Shown here piece by piece: positions 38,281 to 52,790 of a DNA stretch of 64,000 bases. Both the position numbers and the translations under genes were made by a program. The DNA lies in the NCBI GenBank assembly GCA_951406725.2, contig OX597830.1, forward strand, positions 48,794,001 through 48,858,000, given 5' to 3'. Source of the stretch: Octopus vulgaris (lineage: Eukaryota). Within the stretch, counting starts at the first letter, position 1, and every line of letters begins with the position of its first letter. Under the pieces are notes generated by a model. It saw nothing but the letters and a program-made list of their open reading frames with translations. It was not told the origin of the DNA and searched no databases.

Positions 38281-40933
38281 GATAAGAGGTAAAAGGGAAA
38301 CCAATAACATTCTGAACCACTTCAGTGAAATATTTCTGTACATTTAAATATGCCTCAACGTAATCTTCAATAGTTCACGAATTAATAAATATTTGTTTAT
38401 GAAACGGCATTAATTCAAAGAACGTTTGAGTGGTAATGAGAACCAACTCTGGATTAATTGAGCTGAAAGTGAGTGACGAATAACAGAAATGTTTGAAGTT
38501 GTTTTAGTTGTAGCTAACGATGAATTTTGTTGTTGTTTAGTCTAAGGTCAGATTTGATTGAGAGAAAAAAACAAACAAAACAAAACAAAAAACAATGATT
38601 AAAGGTGATCTGCCAGCTGCCAACCCATCTTTTTCATGAGACATAATGTATCCAGGACTATATTATCTAATGTGGTTATTTTTAGAAGACTTAGGGTGTA
38701 ATTTAAGGTTGCTTAGTTGCTATTTCTAGCAGAGAGAGTGACCACATAGAAGCCTTCTGGTTAATTCCTGTGAATTTTTAAAATCGGCGGAAAATCAAAT
38801 ATTTAATTCAAACAACATTGTTTTCCGTTTTCATTTTCTTATTGATTACAATTTAATTAAATAAAATTGATGAAACGGTTGATATTTTCAGAAGAAGCTG
38901 CAAATTATTAACGCTATCCTTTTGATCTAACAGAGACGACTTAAAAATGGATCCAGTCTGGTGAGGTGGGCATGTGTTAGAGACATTCTCTAGAATTTTC
39001 AAGTATTGACGTGTGTGTAACATGTTTAGTATGTAACGTGCTTGACGTATGATTTTGTGAGTGTGGCATGGTTTAATATGTGGTATGTATGTGTGCAAAA
39101 TGTATGTAATAGGTGGTATGTGTGTGCAAAATGTGTGTAATTTGTGTGTAACTGTATGTTATGCACAGTGGAGTTAGTGATCAGAAGCTGAGGGAGATCA
39201 TTGGTAGTGACTTGTTCATATCCCAGCGTAATACAACTCTCTCTCATAAAGCATCTAGTTTTCCCCTCTGTGAAGTTTAGTATTTTGAGGACCCAAAGAA
39301 AGAATTAATGGATGTCATGCATGTAGCAGAAAAGAATCTTTGTCTTGGATTGATTTTTACCTGCATCCGGTAGTGAAACCCTAGTTCGGGAGTTCCAGGG
39401 ATTTTGAGGAATGTGGAACCATCCCTTAGTCACCATTGTTCCTAGGTCAACTCCGACCCAGATTAATAGCACATGTAAGGGTCCCAGTTATGAGTCAAGT
39501 AGCATTTTAGGGTTTGCCTTCTTATGCATGTGAAAATTAGATTCGGCAGACTCTGCAGAAGAAACCTTTATGGTCCAACGGAATAGAAGGTGGTGTAGCA
39601 AACACATTGTCGGATGCAGAGAGCAAGATGATGCATTCTCGGAACGATGTAAAGATAAAAGTCAACATCTGTGAGATTAAATTTCTTAGAAATATCGATT
39701 TCTTACAAAGGCACAAAGAAAAGCTATAATCGGTTAAGACTGAATTATTTGACTGGTATTTATTATAACGGCCAGGGAAAGATAAAGTGCTAAGTTGACA
39801 CTGAGGGAAATTGAACTCAGAACGTAAAGATACATAACTAAAAAGTGCAAGTCATTTCTGTTAGTTCTCAGGAATGCTGGTTTCAAATTTTGATGCAAGG
39901 CCAGCAATTTCGGAGGAGGGGATAAATCGATTACATCGTCCCAGAAAAGGATGATAGGCAAAGTCGACCCCGAAAAAGATGACAGGAATTTAAACCCAGA
40001 ACGTAAAGGTGGACGAAATGCTGCATTATTATGTCACTGAAGACTTAAATCCTTGGATTCACTTCTCCATTCATGTTCATTCATCTGAGCGACGAGAACC
40101 ATCTTGTCATCCTTGAGGATGACTGATAACTTGCAAAGCGATTTTCTTTAAAGTCTTGAGAGTTGCGTGTCGTCACCTCACTCTCTCATCCGTGACCATC
40201 TTCATTCCAGCTGCAAGACCAGGTTAAGAGGACTGGGTTGGTTGTTAAGATATCAGCTAAATGTTAGAGTGAATATTTAATCAACCATATACCCCTAATA
40301 AAAGCCTTGTTCCTGTCTTACTACTCATTATAACTGACAAATATTGAAGTCCCTTTCAAAACAAAACAGTAAAGCAGCGCAGATCACACAATTCCTAGAA
40401 ATAGACCTATCTTAAAAAGTTGTTAATAAAAGAAACTGGTTAAATAACTTTGTAGACAGCAAAGGAATATCTGCATGGGTACATGACATACTAGAAATAG
40501 CAACAAAATCTCCTACAACCTTACTGTTTTAAAGAAGGGAAGAATATACTTGGGAAAGCATAGTTGTCATCTTTACGGTTCCTCTTGTAATTTTGAGAAG
40601 TTTTGTCTATAAATAATTCTTACAAAATCTCTGATTAGTAAAATTCTTGTTTTATGTAGTGTTATAATGATTTGTATGTTCTTGTATCTGCATCGTCCAT
40701 CGGACGGGTAAACAGGGGATGCATTCACATCTTAGGTAGAGGGCTCTGTTCGAAAAAATATATTGCAGTCTGTACCCACTGCCAGTTTTTATTCGAGCTC
40801 TGAATATACACCACAGTTATTCTGCTCCATCAATATATTTGGGAACTGATTAATACCAACACACCAATACTAATAACATCATCCAGCTACACTTATGTGC
40901 GAAATGGAATTTTTATAATTTAGAGGCCAATTA

Positions 40934-41043
40934 TGTCACCTGATGACGTTTCTTCTGTACTGTGGGGTGCATTCGATTTCATTATATTATTCCCCACCCA
41001 CTAGGGAACAGTGCAAAAGTATGCCGAAACAATCGTTGTGATA
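40934..41043 (+). ncRNA. Type I hammerhead-ribozyme-like motif, probably degenerate
   Basis: Stem I tgtcac/gtgata, CTGATGA at 40940, long stem II (cttctgtactgt/acagtgcaaaag), GAAAC at 41026, aatc loop, GTT triplet. Confidence 0.55.
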
Positions 41044-41066
41044 AATAAAGTTTCCAATACATTCTG

Positions 41067-41214
<148 letters not shown>

Positions 41215-41292
41215 ATTTATAAGTAAGGGCAAAAGAAAAAATTCTAATGCCAAAATATGCCGAAAATAGACACAACGTCAATAACCATTATA

Positions 41293-41417
41293 ATTCGTCA
41301 CTACAAGCACGTGTTTCAAAGAAAGCCGACAGAAATTTCTAAAAAATCCCGTTATTACCATATCGGACCCGATTTCAGAGTTAGTTCATAAGAACCTTCC
41401 CTTCATCAGTGATAAAT
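41293..41417 (-). ncRNA. Hammerhead-like motif (variant)
   Basis: Minus strand: atttatca-CTGATGA-agggaagg...ctttcttt-GAAAC-acgtgctt-GTA-gtgacgaat. Stems I and II can pair, but the register at the cleavage site is off by one nucleotide. Confidence 0.45.
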
Positions 41418-41657
41418 GCGGTACAGAAATAAATGAAATACTTACTTACACCCATGGAAGAGGCAAACACTAAGTCATGAGCACAACTAAGTACCCCAAA
41501 TATATCAAAAATAGAAACTCTCTAGCACACCTCGAGAAACGTGCGATTCGAACTTAAAAAACTCTCGTAAAGTGAGAGAGTCCGGAAGTGAACACTATTA
41601 AATTAATATCTAATGTAGGATAACATTTTTCGAAATATATATATATATATATATATA

Positions 41658-41951
41658 CTAGCAGTATCGCCCGGCGTTGCTCGGGTTTATAAGGGAAATA
41701 ACTATATAAGCATTTTTAGAGAGTTATAGCCAAAAAAATAGCAAAAAAATGCATTAAAAATGGAAAAAAATGATGGTAAATTTTTTTAAAAATCAAAAAC
41801 TCATCGTAGACGCGCGCTAATACCCAGAAGGGCTCGATATGAATCACGACTATAAAATATCCGGTTTTGGTTAAACTGCACCGCAAAATGTGGGAGTAGT
41901 TAAGAATCTAAATCGTAGGAGACAGACACACAACTTCACTTTTATATATAA

Positions 41952-41954
<3 letters not shown>
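41658..41954 (-). mobile_element. Non-autonomous Helitron, same family as 36621-37016, inserted in (TA)n
   Basis: Starts ctagcagtatcgcccggcgttgctcggg and ends cacttttatatataaaga; shorter internally than the other copy. Confidence 0.87.
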
Positions 41955-42008
<54 letters not shown>

Positions 42009-43659
42009 TACATACATACACACACATATTATTATTTAGAACCGAATAGTCAAGAAGATCACAGTTCAGCAAATCAATGCATTTCAAATGTAGAGTGAAT
42101 ATTTATTCCACATATTCACTTTACAATATCTGAACTATTTCAGTTTGTTCTAATTATCTCTTCAGAGGTCAAATATGATTATATTTTAATGTTCATCATA
42201 TTTATACAGGTTACCTTAAAACCAAAACCAAAACCAAAACCCTTACGGATTCAAAATTTACAAAATATTAGTAAAATAACCTAGTGTGCATATTACTGAT
42301 AACGGCTGTTTTGAACCGTTTTTGGTGAGTTTTATAAATCTGTTTGATTGACGGATGCAAAGAGAGAAGGAAATTAAAATTGAACAGAAATTGATATATT
42401 TTTTATATTGATGCTTAAAATAAATTATTCTAACGATTGTATTTTTGAGAACCTGAATACTCGAACGATTTGTCTCTTTACATATTAAATTAGCAGATTT
42501 TATTTGAAGAAAAATTTCAGCCTAGAGTGAAATCATTAAACATTTATTCTACCAAGTTAAAGTAGTCACAGTTTTGAAAATGATCATCTACGAGCGAGTA
42601 GATTCGAATTGAAAGAATCAGTTTAAATCATCGTCTAGTAAATACTTATAATGTCATTTCATATTCTGTAAAATAGTGTCTGTAAATGTTTTCTAGTATC
42701 TTAGTTAATGTAAATATATTAAATCATCAATAATTGAATTTAGAGAGAGTGAGAGAGGGAGGGAGAGACACGAAACAAGTATGCATTTTTATCAAATTGT
42801 TATACCGTTCAATACAAGTGTGAGTCTATAATGTGGGAGGACTATCTTCTCTCAATGAAAATAATAATTATATATATTTTATTAATTGCGACGCAACTTC
42901 GATGGCATCATGTTGTCATCTTAAATTAAGCCTGAAATGAAGCAAGTGGTGTAATTCATATTTTATCAACTGTCAGGTTTAACTTCATCTTATAGAAATT
43001 AAATACTATTTACGTTATTCAGCAATTTATCATAAGGAATTCGAATTTTAATTCGGTGTTTGTTATATTTAATAAAACATTTCATTTTTAAAATTAAATT
43101 CTGCTGCAAATTTAATGTGTACAATTTCGTCCAAATTAATAGATTTTAAGCTTTTACTTTTGAAAATCCTAAAATAATTCTTTTATCTTGTTTGTCATCG
43201 AACTGTGATCATGGTGGGAGCTCATGATCTCAAGCGCAATCTTAAGTTCCCTTAAATGTCCAATGCATATCCTGTTTTATATCAGAATAATCCTCTCCTA
43301 GGACAAGCTTTAACAATTTCTGAGCGCCCCTGCTTTATCGTCAGATTGTCATGATTTTCAGTCAGGCATTCGGTGCTTGGCTTCCTACTGCTGATGGTTC
43401 GTAGTACGGTGAAATACGTGATACAATAGGGTCATCCGCTGGTACTGATGAAATTTCGTCAGCCGATAGAATTTCGATGCTTCTAAGCATTTGTCGCGTA
43501 TTTGAAATGATTTTTTGAGACTTTCGCCGCAGCCTACGGCGTTATAAACAGTACATTCAAAGATAAAAGAAAAACGGTTTATAAAAATGTTCAAATCTGT
43601 TCTGAACGGAAATAACAACGATATGACAACCAGCTAATGGTGTGGATTAATAAATATCT

Positions 43660-44076
43660 AGTTCTTTACTACTCACATGGGGTTAAACACAGAGAAGACA
43701 AACAAGGACAGACACACGGATTAAGTCGATTATATCGACCCCAGTGCGTAACTGGTACTTAATTTATTGACCTCGAAAGGATGAAAAGCAAAATCGACCT
43801 CGGCCGAATTTGAACTCAGAACGTAACGGCAGACGAAATACCTATTTCTTTACTACCTACAAGGGGCTAAACACAGAGAGGACAAACAAGGACAGACAAA
43901 CGGATTAAGTCGATTATATCGACCCCAGTGCGTAACTGGTATGTATTTAATCGACCCCGAAAGGATGAAAGGCAAAGTCGACCTCGGCGGAATTTGAACT
44001 CAGAACGTAACGGCAGACGAAATACGGCTACGCATTTCGCCCGGCGTGCTAACGTTTCTGCCAGCTCGCCGCCTTA
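43660..44076 (-). mobile_element. SINE family A dimer
   Basis: Two near-consensus units joined at gacgaaatac|ctatttc. Confidence 0.88.
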
Positions 44077-44767
44077 TTAAAAAAATATCTTTGACATATG
44101 AATATAAACAAATCACAGAATATCGGTACTCTGGCAAATCGTGACGTTTAAACTGCATGCGGATTGGTCAAACTCGTATTCCATAAATTCAGCTTCTTAG
44201 AGCATTCTAAGAGGTACTACAGTTGTCAAGAACTCAACTGTCAGTTAAATGCATTTGAAATCTGATGATTACTACGAACGTATGAAATCGCTAATTGAAC
44301 TTTATGAAAATATTCTTTTAGTGTTAAAATACTATAATAAAAAAACATGAAAACCGACCATGTTTTAAATTTATTCAACAGCTATACACACACACACGCG
44401 CGCGCGCACACACACACACTCACACACACACACACACATATATACATATGCATGAATTCATATATTATATGTATACATCTATGTGTAAGTGTATGTGTGT
44501 GTGCGTGTGAAGACGCGTGGTCCTGTGGTTATGGCGTTATGGCCTTGCACTCATGATTTAGCATGATTTTCGGACTGAGCAGTCCGTTGGGTTCTCGGAA
44601 AAAACGTTACATTCCATGTTACTTCAGCCAATTCAGTTGTGTATAGTTCACGCTGCGACGGAGAAGATTTCTGACCAGGGGAAATATTCGCTTGATCGCA
44701 TTGTCAACGAGATGGCATCATTCGAAAGCTAAAACAATGCAAAGCGCATTGAGACAGCATCCGATAG

Positions 44768-44855
<88 letters not shown>

Positions 44856-44864
<9 letters not shown>

Positions 44865-45036
44865 GTGACAATTATCAATTATTCGGTAGCCAAGATAGAA
44901 CTCTGAGTTTCAGATGCCGAGGTGGAAATCCACGCCACCATCTCTTCAGTTATCCGGATGGTGGCGTGGATTTCCACCTCGGCATCCGAAACTCAGAGTT
45001 TTATCTTCGCTACCGAATAATTGTCACATATTATAT
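44856..45036. repeat. ~80-bp inverted repeat with a ~14-nt loop, in a cassette between (TA)n tracts
   Basis: Arms about 44856-44942 and 44957-45036; about 3 mismatches plus a 7-nt duplication (caattat) in the left arm. Confidence 0.9.
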
Positions 45037-45127
45037 TTACAGACAAATTCCTCTATTTACATAATATCGAGGTCTCTTTCTTTCTTTTGTTATCTTACCG
45101 TTTTTACCTATATATATATAATATATA

Positions 45128-45538
45128 TACTCTTTACTCTTTTACTTGTTTCAGTCATTTGACTGCGGCCATGCTGGAGCACCGCCTTTTTAATCGAGCA
45201 ACTCGACCCCGGGACTTATTCTTTGTAAGCCCAGTACTTATTCTATCGGTCTCTTTTGCCGAACCTCTAAGTGACGGGGACATAAATACACCAGCATCGG
45301 TTGTCAAGCAATGCTAGGGGGACAAACACAGACACACAAACATACACGCACACACACATATATATACATATATACGACGGGCTTCTTTCAGTTTCCGTCT
45401 ACCAAATCCACTCACAAGGCTTTGGTCGGCCCGAGGCTATAGTAGAAGACACTTGCCCAAGGTGCCACGCAGTGGGACTGAACCCGGAACCATGTGGTTG
45501 GTAAGCAAGCCACCTACCACACAGCCACTCCTGCGCCT
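45128..45538 (-). mobile_element. Composite CORE-like SINE family B
   Basis: Reverse complement of 59420-59830. Confidence 0.88.
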
Positions 45539-46247
45539 ATATATATATGATTCAGAGAAAACTATAAGCAGAAGATTAGAATTCCAGTGTATTGTATCAA
45601 AACCATGGCTCCAGACTGCAAACAGGGGAAGTAAGTAGATTGACCATAGCAAAAATGAGAGCTCACTGAAATTACTGTGTGGTCTACTAATTAATAATCT
45701 TGTGTTCTAGTCTTCTTATCGCCTCAGTTTAAATGGAAACACTAGACTGTCGTTTCTGCCATCGACTTCCTCTTCCTCTGGTAGCTGTACGAGTCAAATC
45801 AATAAAAATCTTTCTTATGCCTGCTCCACCATGTCTCTGTAAACACGAGGGATTGTTAGAAAACGAAACAGTCACGTTCACCACGGATAGGTCCAATGAA
45901 CGTTTGCAAAATATTTCTTTTGCTATTTCAAAGACCCAACAGACTCCGCCTTTTCCTATTTGTCATCAAATAACTCATTATTCTGAATGGTACATAAAGA
46001 AGTCTTTTTTTTTTTCTCATTGCTTTTTTTCCCTTTGCCAATGAACAAAAAATTCATTTTGTGATTCTAATCATCCGGAAAAGCATTGAATAAATCAAGC
46101 GTAAAATATGGCAAATTATTTGATACGATCAACGAACCATGGCAAGGAACAGGGAAATAATTGATTACATGTCACACATGTGTTGGCTGTGTAACAACTG
46201 TCATCTATACAGTCTCCGCTGCTACTTCTAATAATAATAATAATAAC

Positions 46248-46283
<36 letters not shown>

Positions 46284-46298
46284 CCCCCCCCCACCACC

Positions 46299-46330
<32 letters not shown>

Positions 46331-46333
<3 letters not shown>

Positions 46334-46888
46334 CCCTGATGCAGTACCAGGTAGTGGCTTTCATGGCTTCTGATCTTAACTGATTGGAAGTCTTACCATG
46401 TACATTGTTTTGTCTTGGTATAAAAGATGGGCTACAGCAAATATTCTGCTCAATACCACAGATTTGCTTGTCGGTTGCTTGAGCTTATCCAGTTGATCAT
46501 GTCCTTTAGTGACTGATGGTATGTGCATCTCTGATCACGAGCAGAAGTAGTGGGGGAGCATAATAGCCGTGTGTTGAGAGAAATTCTTTGGGGTTTGGAT
46601 AACTCACCTTTGTAAACATGGGTGTTTTGTTCATCATCCTTAAGCAATCCTTATTCAGGGACCTTTTGAGCGGGATGGGCTACTCGACCTGAAAAAATTC
46701 TAACTGGGCCCCACCTGCAAGGTCATCAAGCTGTTTATGTTGATATGAAATCACCATATCGCGCACATATGGTTGTGATGCATGTGCCTAGTGTACCGTT
46801 ATCAGATGGGTGATCATGATGGGTATATTGGGTTTTGTATAGTTTACCTCAGTATTACTTTGATGGCATACACTGCTTTGTCACTCAG
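46331..46888 (+). mobile_element. Unclassified ~560-bp insertion bounded by (TAA)n on both sides
   Basis: GC-richer non-coding block between (AAT)n at 46229-46330 and 46889-46907. Confidence 0.5.
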
Positions 46889-49800
46889 TAATAATAATAA
46901 TAATAATGGCTTCAAATTTTGGCAAAGTCTCCCACATTCAGGGAAAAGATAAATCGATGACATCGATCCAATGTTCAACTGGTCAATTGAAATGTCGATT
47001 TCAGGTGAATATGAACTCAGAACGTATAGACGGACGAAATGCCGCTGGCAAAGTGGCTTTATGAGGAAACTTTTAGATTTATCATTTATTTTGTTCCTAA
47101 CAATCGGGTGTTTATTTCTGTCTTATCTTGTAAATCTATAATTTAAAAAAGGTGAAAGCTTTGATTTTTGTGTTTTTTCTCGTTTGGGTAAAAGGATGTT
47201 GCTGAACATGTTTTCTCGTTTATATTCACCCAAAAGGGCCACAAGACATCAGGCAACAACCCCTTAATCAAAAATATGACGGCACTGGTACAAAGAATTT
47301 TAGTGACTTTTTCGTAGGATGAATAGCAGGGAAGTACATATACTTCTTTGCCAGATGAAAATATTCTAAATGATATTAACAATATATATTTTACGATTCA
47401 AGTCTAGTCAAAGGCAGGATTTCACAAAAGAATATGATTCTTTGACAAAAGAATTTCTCCAACAAACATTTTAGGTTTCATAGGTAGGATCCTTCCTATA
47501 CGCCATATGTAGATGCACATGTGCAACTAGAAACGAGGCTATAATAAAGCTATTTGGCCAGGATAAAATGCGGTCAGATCGAACACGGATATCGTGTTTG
47601 CGAAACAAACTTCTCAGCCACATAACCAAGGCTATATGCTTATGTATGTATGTATATTGGAACGAGGAGACTGGATGCAGATAAAGTTATAAAAAATGGA
47701 TGTAGACATTGGGTAAAAAAACATTTGGGGTAGGAAAAGTCTCACGAGCAGCCTTCAACATTTTCTATCCAAAGTTTTTTAATCCAATATTCGCACACTA
47801 TTATTTATAGCTTTACGTGCTTCGAGTTTCACAGTTCTCTCGAAGTTCATAAATTCTTATGATGTCAAAAATATCAACATTATATATATATATATTCACA
47901 CACACACACACACACATACGAGAGCTTCAAAGATTAAAATGGAGAAGAATTTCATCCCAACGGCAGTCGTGTATGGGTCGGTCGGTTCTAAGAAGAGGGT
48001 GAAGGCTTTTAAGATTACGTAAGTTGCTGGATCTGATGCCGTCGGCGGCGACAGCTGCGGCACGCGTGAGATGGTACTACTACTATTGTCGCCACCATCA
48101 ATGCTGCACACACTCCTAAACACATACACGCATACAATCGCACACACACGTATACAGATTATTCTAACACTGAATTGAAAACAGTTTAATTTAATCAAAT
48201 TCCGAAATTAGATTTTAATTAATTATTAATTGTTTGTGTTTCTATTATTTCTTGTTTGAACTTTTATTGCTGTTTCATCTTGGGATTCATCCATTTATTT
48301 CGATTTCCAGTTATGTTCCAACTCACCAAATTAGTTCCAATATGGACCAAATTGTTTTAGGCGAAATATTCAAGTAATTCCAGTTGTAAATAAAATTATT
48401 TGATAATTATAAAAAAAGTCGGTATTTATTCATTTAATTAACGTCTCTATAATGTGAAAATGAAGCCGTAACATTTAGCAGAAAACTTGACAAGAAATTA
48501 ATCAAAGATTTTCAAAATCATTTTAAATGGTTAAATTTATTTTCTTCGAATCGTTGTTGATTATAAATGAAATCTCCGTCGAGTGTCAGTTCTTTTAGTA
48601 AGTGGTAGTTAGGAGTTCACTTTCCTGATAGCTTTCGAACGATAGAGATGGAAGGAAGAAAGAAACAAGAACATCTAAACCAGTAGCTTGTTATTGATTT
48701 CTGATATTTGAGTCGTATAAAACTGGCCGGGGTTTTCAACCGTGTTGAGAGAAGTAACAATGAATTACCACCAATTTCCCTAATCACAACTCACTCCTCC
48801 ATTTCTTCCCAAACTTCTCACAATGTTTTCGCTATAATTTATATCCTCTGTACTGAACAGAGCTCGACATCCAGCTGACGGTAGAGAGTAGAAATAAAAC
48901 CTTTAATCCATTTAGTTTCTTTTACAGATTAAAGTGATAATTTGACCTGTTATCTTTACTGATTCTGTGAATTAATACACATTATTACACCGGGTTGAAT
49001 TCTATCGGCTTTTCCTTTTCATCATGGAATATTCACTTTATCAAATGAAACCAACAATTTCTCGCATTCTTGAACTAAAAATCAATCTATTTTCGGTATG
49101 AAATCTCAGCTCAGTCTTGTTCAATACAACCTCCTCTCTGCCCTCAACTTCTTAGCAAGACTCCAAAGATATCAAAAATGAAAAAAAAAAAAAAAAAAAT
49201 GAAAAAAGGTGGTGGGTGGTTTTATGGTCTAAAGGTGTTTTAGTTTTTGAATTATTATGAAATTAAAGTTAATTAGGCGCATCGAAGTAGTACAATATCG
49301 TTTTCTAACGTTTCCATTGAACATATCAATCGTTTCTAAGAATTCCATTATCTTAAACAAAATAATAAGTTTAGGACATTTTTCTTGAAACACCAGATTT
49401 TAACTGAAAAACTTTAAATTTTAAAGAATTTCACCGTTTATTTGCGGGAGGTTGTTTTATGTTTTCATATGAAATACGCTGTAGATGTTCTTATAATATC
49501 ATCATCTGGTTTTGTCAATTAAATTCTTTGTTTCTTGGAAGCAAGACAAAACTGACTCCTCTGTAAATGATGACAGAATTAGCTTGAACTTTTAGAAGTG
49601 ATATCGCCTCAACACTGATATAGCGCATAATAAAATCTATATAATGTCTATTCAGGTATAAATAATATAAATCTATATGTACATTTTGAAGTATATATCG
49701 TATATGTATATACTACAGAACCTATACACACACGTCCAAAACGGTAGAGGATTAGGGGCTGAAACCGGACGTGGTTCCTCCTGATGATGTCTTTAGCTAC

Positions 49801-50241
49801 TGGATCCTATAAAGGAGCTGTTGAGGTAGCAAACCACGAAATGTGGTTGGAATTCTTTCCTGGAGGTTTGTTGAGTCCGGCCACGCTGAGGTCTATGAAA
49901 GGAAGCAGAATTTCGATTCGGAATGTAAAGAACCGGAATAAATATAACAAGGAATATCGTTAAACTTATTAACAATTACGACAATCCACCATACTGGATT
50001 GGTACTTTATTTATCGACCCTGAAAGGATAAAAAAAGCAAAATTGTTCATGCTTGCATTCAAACTTAAAGCGCCAGTACAGATGACACAAACATTCTACC
50101 GGATGCTCTTTTTGCAAAATCGGATGATTTTGCAAACACAATGCTTTTTTGGTGTTTTTAACAGAATGAAGAGTAACTATAAAGACAGTAAAAACTGAGA
50201 AGTAAAAGAGAAAATAAAATTAAAAGCGATAAAAAAATAAT

Positions 50242-50396
50242 TGGCTGTGTGGTAAGTAGCTTGCTAACCAACCACATGGTTCCGGGTTCAGTCCCACTGC
50301 GTGGCATTTTGGGCAAGTGTCTTCTGCTATAGCTCCGGGCCGACCAATGCCTTGTGAGTGGATTTGGTAGACAGAAACTGAAAGAAGCCTGTCGTA

Positions 50397-50449
<53 letters not shown>

Positions 50450-50692
50450 ATGTATATATATATATATGTGTATGTATGTTTGTGTGTCTGTGTTTGTCCC
50501 CCTAGCATTGCTTGACAACCGATGCTGGTGTGTTTATGTCCCCGTTACCTAGCGGTTCGGCAAAAGAGACCGATAGAATAAGTACTGGGCTTACAAAAAA
50601 GAATAAGTCCCGGGGTCGAGTTGCTCGACTAAAGGCGGTGCTCCAGCATGGCCGCAGTCAAATGACTGAAACAAGTAAAAGAGAGTAAAAGA
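50242..50692 (+). mobile_element. Composite CORE-like SINE family B with internal (TA)n
   Basis: Same modules as 59420-59830. Confidence 0.88.
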
Positions 50693-51442
50693 CTATTCAA
50701 CGGTAATTCCAAAAATATGGTCTCAATTCTAGCGAGACAGAGTTACAAGTGTAAAGTTAGTTTTCTCTACGGAGCAGTGAACCTCCAAGCAATCTCTTCC
50801 TCACCTGTCTCCCCAACTCTCTCTCTCTTTCTCTCTCTCTCCCTGATGTGAATAGCTGTTAATGCAATCAACAGCTACTTATCTAACCTAAAGAGACACA
50901 GACAGTTAAATGGCGCAGCACGTCAGATATGCTTTCAGTGTTGACAAGATCCATTGAAACATGATTCGTTTTGTTCGTATGTAATGGATTAATATAAATT
51001 TCTATTTCCAAAGGATATCGACGTTGTACTATATTTAAAATTATCTTTCACTTTCTCTTCATTTCGCGTGTTTATCATTTATCTGTCAGTAACTACAATG
51101 AAATCCAGGATAATGTTCTCCTTTTCGTGACAATTTGGACGTTTTCAGGTGCCGTGATGGCCACACGATAATTTTCCCATCTCGTTTAGCTTTCAAGCAG
51201 ATGACAATGTAAAAATAGCATGTTTTCGGCGAGCATTTCCACGAATGTCACTTTACCTTTGAAGATTCTTAATTTAGAAGATATTTATGCAATGCATAAA
51301 AGACAGGAAGTAGAAGCAGTGATGAAGCTTGTTACGTGAGGGGTTGCCATTACTTGTTTTAAAGGGAATCATAATTTGAACATTCAAAACATCAGCACTG
51401 AATCAGCAGAGTGTGAATTTTGGTAAAATTACATAAATTACC

Positions 51443-51496
<54 letters not shown>

Positions 51497-52099
51497 CACA
51501 CACACACGCCCCCCCACACGAATCATACATGCACATATACGAATATTTATGTATGTATATATGTTCGCGTGTATATGTAAATATCTAATCATAGCAGTTA
51601 ACTGGATCGTGTCGAGCTTCCATACCCTGGCTCTTAGAACATTAGCAGCTTTATATAGAATTAAAGTTGCTCTTTTGGAACCCTATCAACTCAACCTCAT
51701 CCTTTACGGTTGCTTGAAACCCTGCCAGTTTAATTTAATTCGTCCTTAGTCGAAAGACACCTGTTGTTAATGTCCTGTTATTTGCATTTGTATTTCTGTA
51801 CCATTTCTCCGATTTTTTCCCGTCCTTGGTTTCGTATACATTCGCTGCTTTCTTCCAAAGAATCTACCACTCTTAGCTTAGATTTTCCTTGGGGCTGGCC
51901 AGATTGGAGCAATCTCAAGTATAACCAGCCGAAGTTGAAAAGATAATCTGGAACGCGACTGAGGAAAGAAAACTCCGAATGACCCGTCCTTGTTTTTTCT
52001 ATGTTTCTTAGGTACTGTGGTCAAAATCTCCTTCGATTGAGTATTTACCTTTTCGGCTCGATACACGTGCGTTGTCATCATTATGAGAGTTATTTTTAT

Positions 52100-52790
52100 T
52101 ATCATTTTTTTAATGAATTTCAGATATTCTAATGTTATGCGTCGCTACAATTTGGGCTAAGTTTTTGCTAGTGAGGAATGCTAATCTACTCGTCAGTCGG
52201 TTAAAAATTCTATTGTATCAATTTGATTCATGAAAATGCCAATCTATAGCGGCGAAAATGTTTACTGGAATGTTAGTATCTCTTTGCCTACAGAATACGG
52301 CATTATACCACAGTGTAGTCCTTGATCTATTTGTTCTTTTGTGGAATCGTTACTACTATCGGTTGTTGGTCTATTTTTGTGAAAGCAATCGGTTTTTCTT
52401 ACGGGTTTATCTCCAAATATGTTATAATATTTGTTTTTATCACTAGTACTCGCTATTTTACTTTTCGTACGGGGGTTGTTCCTATTTTAGATGCCTGTCC
52501 TGCTGTCGCTTACGTTACTGGTTCTGCTAGAGGGTTTAGCTGCACTTTTCTTATTGCGTTTATCTATGCTGTTATTACCATCCTCATCCATTATGAAATT
52601 ACACCGTTGCTATTCTGGGCGCTGCATGCGGATTTCACCGAACGACTATGGAGTATTTTCCAATTATTTTCACTATTTCCAGTATCCATAACTACTAGAT
52701 TACGAGTTCTATTTCTATTCCTACAAATAAGAATAGAATCCGGAATCAGTTTATTTCTCTCAACACGTCAAACCTCTTCAAATTGGTTAT
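52100..52790 (-). mobile_element. Penelope-like element relic (region between RT and GIY-YIG)
   Basis: Minus-strand translation RSRTTLWYNAVFCRQRDTNIPVNIFAAIDWHFHESN*YNRIFNRLTSRLAFLTSKNLAQIVATHNIRI matches the PLE motif 'R.R.IIWFNPPF....TNIG..F...ID.HF......KIFNR.T.KISYS...N...II..HN.KI'. Confidence 0.72.

Noticed and set aside
43440-43490. ctgatgaaatttcgtcag palindrome as a hammerhead
   Set aside because: No GAAA core and no stem I; probably a chance short palindrome.
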